DNA of 64,000 nt from Chloroflexota bacterium (GTDB lineage: Bacteria; Chloroflexota; Anaerolineae; Anaerolineales; VGOW01): the NCBI GenBank assembly GCA_016875735.1, contig VGOW01000008.1:21183-85182 (forward strand). Reading direction: 5' to 3'. Under the pieces are notes generated by a model. It was given only the letters and a program-made list of their open reading frames with translations, was not told the DNA's origin and ran no database searches. Positions 1 to 8,360 of this stretch are shown one piece after another. Each line of letters begins with the position of its first letter. The first letter of the stretch is position 1. The translations under genes were made by a program, and so were the position numbers.

Positions 1-105
1 GTGGCAACGCTCATCGCTGCTTGTTGCCGGCGCATTTCAATTTGGCAACACAACGTTGGTGGTTCGCCGCAGACTCGCAGGCCGGGCAATGGCTTGAGGT
101 CGTCA

Positions 106-114
106 TGCTATAAT
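106..114 (+). promoter_or_regulatory. extended -10 promoter element (TGcTATAAT) upstream of add
   Basis: tgctataat at 106-114, about 38 nt upstream of the add ATG. No good -35 hexamer, but the TGn extension is present. Confidence 0.4.
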
Positions 115-151
115 CCCTGCTCAATACGGTGCGCAAGCATCACTCGCAGCC

Positions 152-1177
152 ATGATCAGCCACGCCACGATAGCGGCGCTTCCGAAAATCGAACTGCATC
201 GGCACCTCGAAGGGTCACTGCGGCTCACGACTCTGGCCGAAGTGAATCGCGACTATCGACTCGGCTTCCCCGAAGATGATTTGGAAGTCTTTCGCGGTTA
301 CGTGCAGATCACCGACGAGGGCGGCGACTTTCGACTCTTCCTTTCCAAGTTTGGAAACCTGCGCCGCTTCTATCAATCGCCCGAACTGATCCGCCGCTTT
401 GCTTACGAAGCAGTGGCCGACGCCGCCGCCGACAACATCCATTACATGGAACTGCGCTTCACGCCGATGGCATTGGCGAAAGCGCAGAACTTCGCGCTGG
501 AAGAAGTCACCGAGTGGGTGATCGAGGCGGTGGATGCGGCGCAAAAAGACCTGCCGATCAAAGTGCGGCTCATCGTCAGTTTCAACCGCAACGAAGACGT
601 GAGCATCGGCCAGCGGGCCACGCGCATCGCCATCGACAACATGCATCGCGGCGTCGTCGCCATCGATCTCGCGGGCGACGAGGCCAACTATTCGGCGGAG
701 CCGTTCACCCGGCTATTCTACGAGGCGCGCGAGGCCGGGCTGGGCCTCACCGTGCACGCCGGAGAGTGGGCCGGAGTGCAAAACGTGATGTACGCCATCG
801 AGATGATCGGCGCGCAGAGGATCGGGCATGGGGTGAGGGTGATGGAGAACTCGTCGGCGGTGGCCATGGCCCGCGAGCATGGCATCGTCTTCGAGGTGTG
901 CGTGACCAGCAACGTGCAGTCGGGCGTGTTTCAGCGATTCATCAATCACCCGATTAAAACGATGTGCGATGTGGGCCTGCGGGCCACGCTCAACACCGAC
1001 GATCCGTCGGTGTCGAACATCACCCTTTCGGATGAGGCGCACATCGTGGCGGCGACGTTTGGGTTGGAGTTGGCCGACTTGAATCGGATGACGATCACGG
1101 CGGCGGAGGCCAGCTTTTTGCCGCCGAATGAGAAACAGAAATTGATCGAGCAGTTTAGAGCGGAGCTGGGGGTATAG
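152..1177 (+). CDS. add: adenosine deaminase
   Basis: 341-aa ORF with the N-terminal LHRHLEGS (HxH metal site), plus TVHAGE and NTDDP motifs typical of the adenosine deaminase family. Confidence 0.9.
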   Translation: MISHATIAALPKIELHRHLEGSLRLTTLAEVNRDYRLGFPEDDLEVFRGYVQITDEGGDFRLFLSKFGNLRRFYQSPELIRRFAYEAVADAAADNIHYMELRFTPMALAKAQNFALEEVTEWVIEAVDAAQKDLPIKVRLIVSFNRNEDVSIGQRATRIAIDNMHRGVVAIDLAGDEANYSAEPFTRLFYEAREAGLGLTVHAGEWAGVQNVMYAIEMIGAQRIGHGVRVMENSSAVAMAREHGIVFEVCVTSNVQSGVFQRFINHPIKTMCDVGLRATLNTDDPSVSNITLSDEAHIVAATFGLELADLNRMTITAAEASFLPPNEKQKLIEQFRAELGV

Positions 1178-1192
1178 AAAGCATAGCAGATT

Positions 1193-1280
1193 CGTCATTG
1201 CGAGCGAACGAAGTGAGCGAAGCAATCTTGTGATTGGTTTTGAGATTGCTTCGGCGCAAAAATCACGCCTCGCAATGACG
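1193..1280. repeat. REP-A palindromic element, copy 1
   Basis: Outer arms cgtcattgcgag (1193-1204) and ctcgcaatgacg (1269-1280). Inner arms gaagcaatct and agattgcttc. Related copies at 26497-26574 and 49967-50050. Confidence 0.75.
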
Positions 1281-1294
1281 CTCAATAGAACGCC

Positions 1295-2167
1295 TCACCG
1301 TTTGCGATTCCATTCCTGTATCACAGCCTGCACGGCGGCGCGCGCGTCGGCGTCGGGCAAACCCTCCACCGAGTCGTAACTCATCCCGTCAATCCAAAAC
1401 AGCACATCGGCGGCGGTCTCTGTCACTTTGAGCCCGCGCTTGCTCAATGGCGCGCCGGAGATCGCCGCTTGCAGAAGTTCATCGATCTCTTCCATCATGC
1501 TTTTGATTTTGATCTGCGGCTTCTTTTCCTGCGCGCGCAGATAGCGCAGTTGAGCCATGATGTCCATGCGCGGCACGGTGATGGGCATCTTGGCCGCCTC
1601 TTCGGCGCTCATCAGCACCACCGGCTTTTCGTTGGCGGGCGGCGGCGCCGATGCGGGCGCGGCAGTGGGCGCGGGCGGCGCGATGGGCGGCAGTGAAGCA
1701 ATGGTGGGTGTGGGAGCAATGCTGTTCACAAAATAGTTGAGGTCGCTCAGCGCATCGAGCACGCGATTGGACACCGCCTCATCGTCGATCTCAAATCGCG
1801 TGCGGTATTGCCGGCCATCCACTTCAACCATCAAATCGCCGTTGGGCAAACGACGCAAGCGCAGAATTTCTTTGCTCGTTGCTTTCGGCGCGAGGCTGTT
1901 GAGCCACGCGGGCGATTCGGTTTGCGGCGGGGGATCGAGGATCGGGATCGGGGCAACGGATTCGGCGGACGGGGCGGGGGGGATCGGTGGGGAGGCGATC
2001 TCCGATTTCAGCGCGGGGTCGGCTTCCATCACGGGGCCTGCCGTCTCCGCGCCCGGGGCCGTTCCCGACGGTTTGCCTTCATTTCTCATCATCCAAAGGG
2101 CGATGCCCAAAATCGAAACACCGGCGACGATGCCGATAGCGAGAACGACGGTAGCGAGTCCGTTCAT
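1295..2167 (-). CDS. hypothetical single-pass membrane protein, Pro/Ala-rich linker
   Basis: In-frame ATG at 2167 (MNGLATVVLAIGIVAGVSILGIALWMM is a TM helix) forms an ATGA overlap with the mutM stop. The upstream part of the 607-aa ORF overlaps mutM and looks like a GC artefact. Confidence 0.6.
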   Translation of the reverse strand: MNGLATVVLAIGIVAGVSILGIALWMMRNEGKPSGTAPGAETAGPVMEADPALKSEIASPPIPPAPSAESVAPIPILDPPPQTESPAWLNSLAPKATSKEILRLRRLPNGDLMVEVDGRQYRTRFEIDDEAVSNRVLDALSDLNYFVNSIAPTPTIASLPPIAPPAPTAAPASAPPPANEKPVVLMSAEEAAKMPITVPRMDIMAQLRYLRAQEKKPQIKIKSMMEEIDELLQAAISGAPLSKRGLKVTETAADVLFWIDGMSYDSVEGLPDADARAAVQAVIQEWNRKR

Positions 2168-2964
2168 AGGCGTTGGCAGTGAGGGCAGTAGTGTGTGCCG
2201 CGCCCGCCGACGACGATGCGCCGGATGGCGGCGCCGCAAGCGGGGCAGGGCTGGCCCGCGCGGTCGTAGGCGCGGAAGTGATATTGATGCTGGCCTTGGC
2301 GATACACCCGATCGATGCTGGAGCCTTGATTGCGGATGGCTTGGTTGAGAGTGTACCGCAAACTTCGCCAGAGCGCACGCGCTTCGGCGGCGGCGAGAGT
2401 GTGGCTGAGGCGCAGGGGGTGAAGCCGGGCGCGGTGCAGTGATTCGTCGGCGTAGATGTTGCCCACCCCGGCGATGACGGTTTGATCGAGGAGCAGTGGC
2501 TTGAGGGCGCGGCGGCGGCTTTGCAGGATGTACGCGAGGCTCTGCGCGGTGAAGGAGTCGTCGAGCGGTTCGGGGCCGAGGCTGCCGGTGACATCGTCGG
2601 CGCGGCGGGCGAGGTACACGCGGCCAAACTTGCGCGTGTCGCTGAAGCGCAGTTCGTGGCCGTTGCCGAAATGAAAGACGGTGTGGGCGTGTTTGTCGGG
2701 CGGGGTGGCGGCGGACACCACAGTGAGGTCGCCGCTCATTTTGAGATGGATGAGGAGCACATCTTCGCTGAGTTGAAAGACGAGGTATTTGCCGCGTCGG
2801 GTGATGCCGAGAACCGTTTGCCCGGCGATGCGGCGGATGAATTGCGCCGCGCCCGGCATGGCGACGTGCCGCTTCCATTTGACCGTGGCCCGTTCGATGC
2901 GCTGGCCCACGCACGGCGCGCGCAGGTTGCGGACGATGGTTTCGACTTCGGGCAGTTCGGGCAT
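2164..2964 (-). CDS. mutM: formamidopyrimidine-DNA glycosylase (Fpg/MutM)
   Basis: N-terminal MPELPEVE catalytic motif and a C-terminal CPACG...CPHCQ zinc finger; 266 aa. Confidence 0.92.
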   Translation of the reverse strand: MPELPEVETIVRNLRAPCVGQRIERATVKWKRHVAMPGAAQFIRRIAGQTVLGITRRGKYLVFQLSEDVLLIHLKMSGDLTVVSAATPPDKHAHTVFHFGNGHELRFSDTRKFGRVYLARRADDVTGSLGPEPLDDSFTAQSLAYILQSRRRALKPLLLDQTVIAGVGNIYADESLHRARLHPLRLSHTLAAAEARALWRSLRYTLNQAIRNQGSSIDRVYRQGQHQYHFRAYDRAGQPCPACGAAIRRIVVGGRGTHYCPHCQRL

Positions 2965-2969
2965 TGGGG

Positions 2970-3020
2970 GAAGGATGAAGGATGAATATGGAATGCTGAA
3001 TGCTGAACGCTATGAATGAT
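2970..3020. repeat. heptanucleotide tandem array (GAAGGAT/GAATGCT words)
   Basis: gaaggat gaaggat gaatatg gaatgct gaatgct gaacgct atgaatg, directly upstream of the mutM start. Confidence 0.7.
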
Positions 3021-3050
3021 TCTACGGGCGGCGCGAGTTGCGTGCAAGGG

Positions 3051-3085
3051 GAAACGAAAACCTGCAAGTGAGGAAACCTTGCAGG
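3051..3085 (-). terminator. intrinsic terminator downstream of tRNA-Asn
   Basis: Stem cctgcaag/cttgcagg (3061-3068 and 3078-3085). It is followed on the minus strand by ttttcgtttc. Confidence 0.65.
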
Positions 3086-3094
3086 TTGGGTGTG

Positions 3095-3167
3095 CTCCTC
3101 GGCGTGGACTCGAACCACGAACCGATCGGTTAACAGCCGATTGCTCTGCCGATTGAGCTACCGAGGA
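3095..3167 (-). tRNA. tRNA-Asn (anticodon GTT)
   Basis: The reverse complement folds by hand into a 73-nt cloverleaf: acceptor TCCTCGG/CCGAGGA, D arm GCTC/GAGC, anticodon arm ATCGG-CTGTTAA-CCGAT, T arm CGTGG-TTCGAGT-CCACG. CCA is not encoded. Confidence 0.93.
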
Positions 3168-3178
3168 AGGTGAGGGCG

Positions 3179-3207
3179 ATTATAAAGTGTGGCGGCGGGC
3201 ATGTCAA
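3179..3207 (-). promoter_or_regulatory. consensus sigma70-type promoter for tRNA-Asn
   Basis: Minus strand reads TTGACA, 17 nt, TATAAT. The -10 hexamer ends about 11 nt before the tRNA 5' end. Confidence 0.7.
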
Positions 3208-3370
3208 GCAAAATGCAGTAGGAGTTACGCAGTTGTCGAAGAGCCGCCCATGAATCGCTTCGCGTGAATGACACGAAGTTTGAGACGAGCAATTCGAGAA
3301 ATTCGTGCAATTCGTGGGTAAGAATGAATCGAATTGCGTAATGCAACTTTTGGCGCGCGCCGATGCGATG

Positions 3371-3399
3371 TTGTATTCCCCTCTGTCCTACTCTATAAT
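3371..3399 (+). promoter_or_regulatory. sigma70-type promoter for the DUF2085 gene
   Basis: TTGTAT, 17 nt, TATAAT (3394-3399). GAGGA lies 9 nt upstream of the ATG at 3423. Confidence 0.55.
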
Positions 3400-3422
3400 C
3401 GTCGTCTCGAGGACACTCCCAC

Positions 3423-4262
3423 ATGGCCGTTGCTGACCCTGCTACCGAACAACAATCGCAAGTCACATCCCGCCCGGCCATAACACTGGCGCTGATCGCG
3501 CTGGCGCTTGTGTTCACCGCTTGGTATTTGTACGCGCCCCCCGGCGCAATGGGCAAGGCCACCGCCATCGGCTACGCCATTTGCCATCGCATCAGCGTGC
3601 GCTCTTTTTTCGCCGGCGAGATTCAACTGCCGCTGTGCGCCCGATGCACGGGCATCTATCTCGGATTGATGGCCGGAGTGGCCTTTATGGCGATCATCGG
3701 GCGCGGGCGCGCGGGGGTATTGCCGCCCACACGAGCGATCATGGCGCTGGTGCTGTTCATCACCGTGATGGGTGTGGATGGAGTCAATTCGTATCTCACC
3801 CTCCTTCCCGGATTGCCCCGCGCTTATGAGCCTCAAAACTGGCTTCGGCTTCTCACCGGCCTCCTCACTGGCGTGGCCGTGAGCGGCCTCATCTTTCCCG
3901 TCTTCAATCAAACACTATGGCGCAACTGGATCGAGACTCCGGTGGTGGGCAACTTGCGAGAACTGGCGGCCATCGTGCTGGCGGCGATGATCGTGGCCGC
4001 GCTCGTCCTCAGCGGCAACCCATACATTCTGTATCCATTGGCGTTGATCAGCGCGGGCGGCGTGCTGTTTTTGATGACCATGACCAACTCGGTGATTTTC
4101 ATGCTGGCGACTCGCACCGAGAACAAAGCCGGCCACTGGCGTGACGCCGTCGTGCCAGTGGCCGCCGGACTCGCCATCTCGTTGGCCCTCATTCTGCTGA
4201 TCGATGTGGGCCGTTACACGGTGACGGGCACGTGGGATGGGTTCGTGATTCCGGGAACGTAA
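3423..4262 (+). CDS. DUF2085-family integral membrane protein
   Basis: CHRISVRSFF...PLCARCTGIYLG motif and multiple TM helices. Confidence 0.75.
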   Translation: MAVADPATEQQSQVTSRPAITLALIALALVFTAWYLYAPPGAMGKATAIGYAICHRISVRSFFAGEIQLPLCARCTGIYLGLMAGVAFMAIIGRGRAGVLPPTRAIMALVLFITVMGVDGVNSYLTLLPGLPRAYEPQNWLRLLTGLLTGVAVSGLIFPVFNQTLWRNWIETPVVGNLRELAAIVLAAMIVAALVLSGNPYILYPLALISAGGVLFLMTMTNSVIFMLATRTENKAGHWRDAVVPVAAGLAISLALILLIDVGRYTVTGTWDGFVIPGT

Positions 4263-4270
4263 CGATCGTG

Positions 4271-4334
4271 ATCCACGAAGTTGCACGAAGGGGCATGAAG
4301 AACTCTTCGTGAAACTTCGTGGCCCTTCGTGGAT
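4271..4334. repeat. REP-B hairpin (CACGAAG words / CTTCGTG words), copy 1
   Basis: Left arm atccacgaagttgcacgaaggggcatgaag; right arm ctcttcgtgaaacttcgtggcccttcgtggat. Second copy at 55135-55201. Confidence 0.7.
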
Positions 4335-4362
4335 TGCAGTTGGTGATGGTGGAGACTGTACG

Positions 4363-5103
4363 ATGAACGACTCGGTGGACATGGGCAAGGCATTCATGCA
4401 CTTGTTCGACGACAAAGATTGGATTTCTAAAACCGCCGTCGGCGCGTGCCTCTCGATGGCGCCGATTCTCAACTTCGCCGTCGTGGGCTACGAACTGCGC
4501 GTGGTGCGCAACGTGAGCAGCGGCGAGCCGCAGGCGATGCCGCAGTGGGACGACATCGGCAAAATGTTCACCGATGGATTGCAGTTGGCTTTGGCGCGGT
4601 GGGTGCTGGCCCTGCCTCTCACTATTTTCATCTGCCTTCCCCTCGCGGCCTTCTTCGGCTTTCCCTTCATTGCGGCCATCGCCACCGAGTCGGCTCCCAA
4701 TGCCGATGTGGATCGCGCGATGGGGCTGTCGTTCGGAATGGGAATGATGCTCTTCTTGTTGTGCGGCGGAGTCGCGGCCATTGGCTCGCTGGCTCTCGGC
4801 TTCATCTACCCGGCGATGACCGCCAACTTTTTGCGGCACGGCACGTTTGCCGCCTGCTTCAACTTTCCGCAAATCGTTGGCTTCATTCGCCGCAACGCTT
4901 CCAACTACATCACCGTGTGGGTCAGCGCCATTCTGGCGGGCATCGTGTATTCGATGGCAGCCTCAATCGTGTACCTCATTCCCTGCCTCGGCAGTGTGCT
5001 GGCCCTGCCTCTCAGCGCGGCGGGCGTGTTTTGGATATACATGGTCACCGGCCACGCGCTGGGGCAGGCGCTGGCGTTCGACAAACCGGAGTCCCCGTCC
5101 TGA
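4363..5103 (+). CDS. DUF4013-family membrane protein
   Basis: FDDKDWISKTAVG...VGYELRVV N-terminal signature and several TM helices. The first ATG (4309) lies inside the REP-B hairpin, so ATG 4363 is preferred; 4381 is also possible. Confidence 0.7.
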   Translation: MNDSVDMGKAFMHLFDDKDWISKTAVGACLSMAPILNFAVVGYELRVVRNVSSGEPQAMPQWDDIGKMFTDGLQLALARWVLALPLTIFICLPLAAFFGFPFIAAIATESAPNADVDRAMGLSFGMGMMLFLLCGGVAAIGSLALGFIYPAMTANFLRHGTFAACFNFPQIVGFIRRNASNYITVWVSAILAGIVYSMAASIVYLIPCLGSVLALPLSAAGVFWIYMVTGHALGQALAFDKPESPS

Positions 5104-5142
5104 CTCTACCGGAAGTCAACCTCATTCAAAGGAGCGTGAACA

Positions 5143-5295
5143 ATGGAAGGCAATCAACGGAATATCATCATTGTGGTCGTCGTGGTTTTATTGCTCTGCT
5201 GTTGCTGCGCCGCCATCGGCCTCGTCGGCTGGTTCTACGGCGATCAGATCATGGAGATGTTGGGCCGGACTGTTTCAGCGCCGATGGTGATCTGA
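5143..5295 (+). CDS. small (50 aa) single-pass membrane protein, hypothetical
   Basis: AAGGAG lies 7 nt upstream of ATG 5143. The product MEGNQRNIIIVVVVVLLLCCCCAAIGLVGWFYG contains a TM helix. It is not in the ORF track (<60 aa) and overlaps the 3' end of the convergent DUF402 ORF. Confidence 0.4.
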   Translation: MEGNQRNIIIVVVVVLLLCCCCAAIGLVGWFYGDQIMEMLGRTVSAPMVI

Positions 5296-5758
5296 AATCT
5301 TTCCCTGTAAACGGCCCCTCGCGCCGCGCGGCCAGTGTTTTCAATTCGCTCAGCGCGGCGCGAGCCGCCGCAACTTCCTCCGGCGCGAGCGCCAGCGCCT
5401 CGAACTCATCCTCATCCAACACAAACTCGCGCCCCGAAGGCTGAACAAAAAAATCCAGCGCGAGGTCTTCGGCCCACACCTGCCCCTCCTCGATGCGCGC
5501 CGGGCGCGTGATGTTGCAATACCAGCCCTTCGGCGAATCATCGGCGGCGTCGTGAATCGCAAACACGTTGTACCAGCGATCGGCGTAAAACCATTCCACG
5601 AATCGGTCGCCCGTCGTCAGCGTCACGTAGCCCAACTCCATCCGCTCGCGCGCGAACCGCGCTTCGAGAATCACCCACCCCTCGCCGCGTTCGATCACCT
5701 TGCCCTCATAGGCAATCTTCTCCACGCCGTTGTGATCGAGCTTATGAACCGTGATCAT
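5249..5758 (-). CDS. DUF402 domain protein (nucleoside di/triphosphatase-like family)
   Basis: MITVHKLDHNG...WYNVFAIHD...WYCNITRP pattern. The ATG at 5758 forms an ATGA overlap with the thiQ stop. Confidence 0.75.
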   Translation of the reverse strand: MITVHKLDHNGVEKIAYEGKVIERGEGWVILEARFARERMELGYVTLTTGDRFVEWFYADRWYNVFAIHDAADDSPKGWYCNITRPARIEEGQVWAEDLALDFFVQPSGREFVLDEDEFEALALAPEEVAAARAALSELKTLAARREGPFTGKDFRSPSALKQSGPTSP

Positions 5759-6600
5759 TTCTTGCGGACTCCTTCGGCGCGCAACAGCAGAATGATCTCG
5801 CCCCCGATGGGCGCCGACCATTCGTGGGGCGGCAGAGGCCATGTCCCGATCGTGGTGCTGATCCCGATCTCGCCGTCGGCCCCTCTCTCCACCCGGCCTT
5901 CGATCAGCCGCCCCGGGCCGAGAAACCGCCGCACCCATTCATTGGCCGGGCAGCGATACACCGACTCGGGGTTGCCCGTTTGCTCCACCCGGCCCCCGTT
6001 CATCACCATCACCGTGTCGGCGATGCCGAAGGCCTCTTGCTGATCGTGCGTCACATAAATAGCCGTCTGCCCAAACTCACGCAGGAGCGCGCGCAGTTCG
6101 CCGGTGAGTTGTTCGCGCAGGGCGCGGTCGAGCGCGCCGAGCGGCTCGTCGAGCATGAGCAGGCGCGGGCGCGGGGCCAGCGCGCGCGCCAGCGCCACGC
6201 GCTGTTGTTCGCCGCCCGATAGAGTCTGCACGTCGCGTTTCTCGAATCCGGCCAACCCAACGCGCTCCAAAATTTCCGATGCGGTGCGATGCTTGTCGTT
6301 TCCGCTCAAGCCGAAGGCCACGTTGTCGCCCGCGCTCATGTGCGGGAACAATGCATAATCTTGGAACATCAGCCCGAAGCCGCGCTCGTGGGTCGGCGCC
6401 CCGGCGAGCGACTGATCGTTCCAGTGAACGTCGCCGGAGTCGGGCGTGTCGAGTCCGGCGATGATCGAAAGCAGTGTCGATTTCCCGCAACCCGACGGGC
6501 CGATCACGGTCATCACTTCGCCGGTCTTCACTGCGAACGACACCTCGGAGAGGGCGAGCACGGCGCCGAAAGTTTTGGTGAGATGATGAACGGTGAGCAT
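5755..6600 (-). CDS. thiQ: ABC transporter ATP-binding protein (thiamine/iron-type importer)
   Basis: Walker A GPSGCGKST, signature LSGGEQQR, Walker B LLMLDEP. Last transporter gene of the riboswitch-controlled operon. Confidence 0.85.
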   Translation of the reverse strand: MLTVHHLTKTFGAVLALSEVSFAVKTGEVMTVIGPSGCGKSTLLSIIAGLDTPDSGDVHWNDQSLAGAPTHERGFGLMFQDYALFPHMSAGDNVAFGLSGNDKHRTASEILERVGLAGFEKRDVQTLSGGEQQRVALARALAPRPRLLMLDEPLGALDRALREQLTGELRALLREFGQTAIYVTHDQQEAFGIADTVMVMNGGRVEQTGNPESVYRCPANEWVRRFLGPGRLIEGRVERGADGEIGISTTIGTWPLPPHEWSAPIGGEIILLLRAEGVRKK

Positions 6601-8360
6601 CAGAATTCGGCCACCCCTTTGATTCGCAACTTTTCAATCAACAGAATACTGCTGGCGGTGGCGATCATCAACAGCACGCTCATCGCCAATGCGCGGCCAA
6701 AGTTGAGCGCGCCCGGTTTGCCGATGAATGAATAGATGGCGACTGCGGCGGTGGGCAACTCGGGACGGGTGAGGAGCGCGGTGGCGCCGAACTCGCCGAG
6801 CGAAATGGCGAAGGCGAACGCGGCGGCGACGATGGCCGCGCGCCCGATGATCGGCAGATCGATCCGCCGCCAAACTTTGGCCGGCGACGCGCCGAGTGTG
6901 GCCGCCGCGCGCCGCCACTGCGGGCGGATGCTTCGCCACGTGGGGAGCAGTGTGCGCACGACGAACGGAAAAGCGATGAGCGTGTGCGCCAGCGGGATGA
7001 GCAGGGGCGAGGCGCGCAGGTTGAGCGGCGCGCGATTGAAGGCGAGAAGAAAGCCGAGACCGAGTGTGATGGCTGAGGTGCCGAGAGGGAGAAGAATGAG
7101 GGATTCGAGGAGACCCCCTCCCCGGCCCTCCGCCGTCGAAACTGCGCCGACAGGGGAGGGGGTCGCTAGTGCCCACGCGGTCGGAATCCCCAACAGCAGT
7201 GAAAGCATGACGGTGATGAGCGCGTATCGAATCGAGTTGCCGAGCGCGGCGATGGGCGAAACGAAGAAGGCTTCGCCGCGTTCGTTATCGAACAAGGCGC
7301 GATAGTAGTCGAGGGTGAGGCCGCGTTGAATCTCGCCGCGCTGGCCTCGTTCGGCTTCGAGGCGAGTGACCGATCGCGCGCCGAGGGCGGCGAGCGGCGA
7401 AAGCAGAAGCGCGAACAGCCCGGCGACGATGATCGCGGCGGCGAGTTTGCGCCGAAGGGTGTGCAGTGGCTTTTGTGTGAATTCGGTGGAGCGAAGGTTG
7501 GCGGGAGCGGACAACCGCGCGGAGAGGCGAGTGTAAATGAGGGTGAGGGCGAAGGTGCAGGCGAGTTGAAGGAGCGAGAGCGCCGCCGCCGCTGGTAGAT
7601 CGAAGAAGGCGAAGGTCTGCCGATAGATTTCGACTTCGAGGGTGGCGAAGCGCGGGCCGCCGAGAACGAGGACGACTCCGAATGAGGTGAAATCGAAGAT
7701 GAAGACGAGCAGTGCGGCGGCGAGCAGTGCGGGGGAAAGAAGCGGCAGGGTGACGGCGGCGAAGGCGCGGAGTCGGTTCGCCCCCAGTGTGCGGGCGGCC
7801 TGCGCCAATCGCGGGTCGAGATGACTCCAATAATCGCCGACGAGTCGAATCACGATGGTGGTGTTGTAAAAGATGTGGGCGAGGAGGATGGCGGCGAGCG
7901 AGTGGGTGAGAGCGGGGGTTGGGAGTCGCAGTGAGGCGAGCAGTAAATTGATCCAGCCGCGCTTGCCGATGAGAGCATTGAACCCGGCGGCGACGACGAG
8001 GGTGGGCATGACGAACGGCACGGCGGTGAGGGCGCGCAGAAGACTCTGGCCGCGAAAGGTGTAACGGGCGACGAGATACGCGCCGGGCAAACCGACAGCG
8101 AGAGTGAGCAGTGTGGATAGCGCCGCTTGCCAACAGGTGAAGCCGACAATGCGCCACGTGTCGGCATCGGCCAGCGTGTCGAGCATGGCCGGGCTCACTC
8201 CACGCCCGATGATCGCCGCCATCGGATAAAAGTAGAAGACGACGAAGAAAAGGATGATGGCGATAGAGGTCAGAAGTCGGAAGTCGGAAACCCCGCCCTC
8301 TGACCTCTGACTTTTGCCCTCTGACTTCTGATTACTGACTTCTGTCTTCTGACTCCTCAC
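6600..8360 (-). CDS. thiP: ABC transporter permease with two fused permease domains
   Basis: About 12 TM helices. The proposed GTG start at 8360 forms a GTGA overlap with the thiB stop. The ORF-track extension to 8864 overlaps thiB and is rejected. Confidence 0.8.
   Translation of the reverse strand: MRSQKTEVSNQKSEGKSQRSEGGVSDFRLLTSIAIILFFVVFYFYPMAAIIGRGVSPAMLDTLADADTWRIVGFTCWQAALSTLLTLAVGLPGAYLVARYTFRGQSLLRALTAVPFVMPTLVVAAGFNALIGKRGWINLLLASLRLPTPALTHSLAAILLAHIFYNTTIVIRLVGDYWSHLDPRLAQAARTLGANRLRAFAAVTLPLLSPALLAAALLVFIFDFTSFGVVLVLGGPRFATLEVEIYRQTFAFFDLPAAAALSLLQLACTFALTLIYTRLSARLSAPANLRSTEFTQKPLHTLRRKLAAAIIVAGLFALLLSPLAALGARSVTRLEAERGQRGEIQRGLTLDYYRALFDNERGEAFFVSPIAALGNSIRYALITVMLSLLLGIPTAWALATPSPVGAVSTAEGRGGGLLESLILLPLGTSAITLGLGFLLAFNRAPLNLRASPLLIPLAHTLIAFPFVVRTLLPTWRSIRPQWRRAAATLGASPAKVWRRIDLPIIGRAAIVAAAFAFAISLGEFGATALLTRPELPTAAVAIYSFIGKPGALNFGRALAMSVLLMIATASSILLIEKLRIKGVAEF
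8268..8357. repeat. heptanucleotide array (CTGACTT/CTGATTA words) plus inverted TCAGAAGTCGG words
   Basis: tcagaagtcggaagtcgg followed by ctgacct ctgactt ... ctgactt ctgatta ctgactt ctgtctt ctgactc. It lies at the thiB/thiP junction and would encode the ThiP N-terminus. Confidence 0.65.

Noticed and set aside
2168-3118. N-terminal 317 codons of the 607-aa ORF 1295-3118.
   Set aside because: It overlaps mutM in another frame and even runs over the tRNA terminator. It is extremely Arg/Pro/His-rich. An internal ATG with an ATGA overlap and a TM helix gives a sensible gene.
3095-3167. tRNA-Asn as an integration site for a genomic island.
   Set aside because: There is no integrase, no direct repeat of the tRNA 3' end, and no compositional change on either side. 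The neighbours are housekeeping genes.
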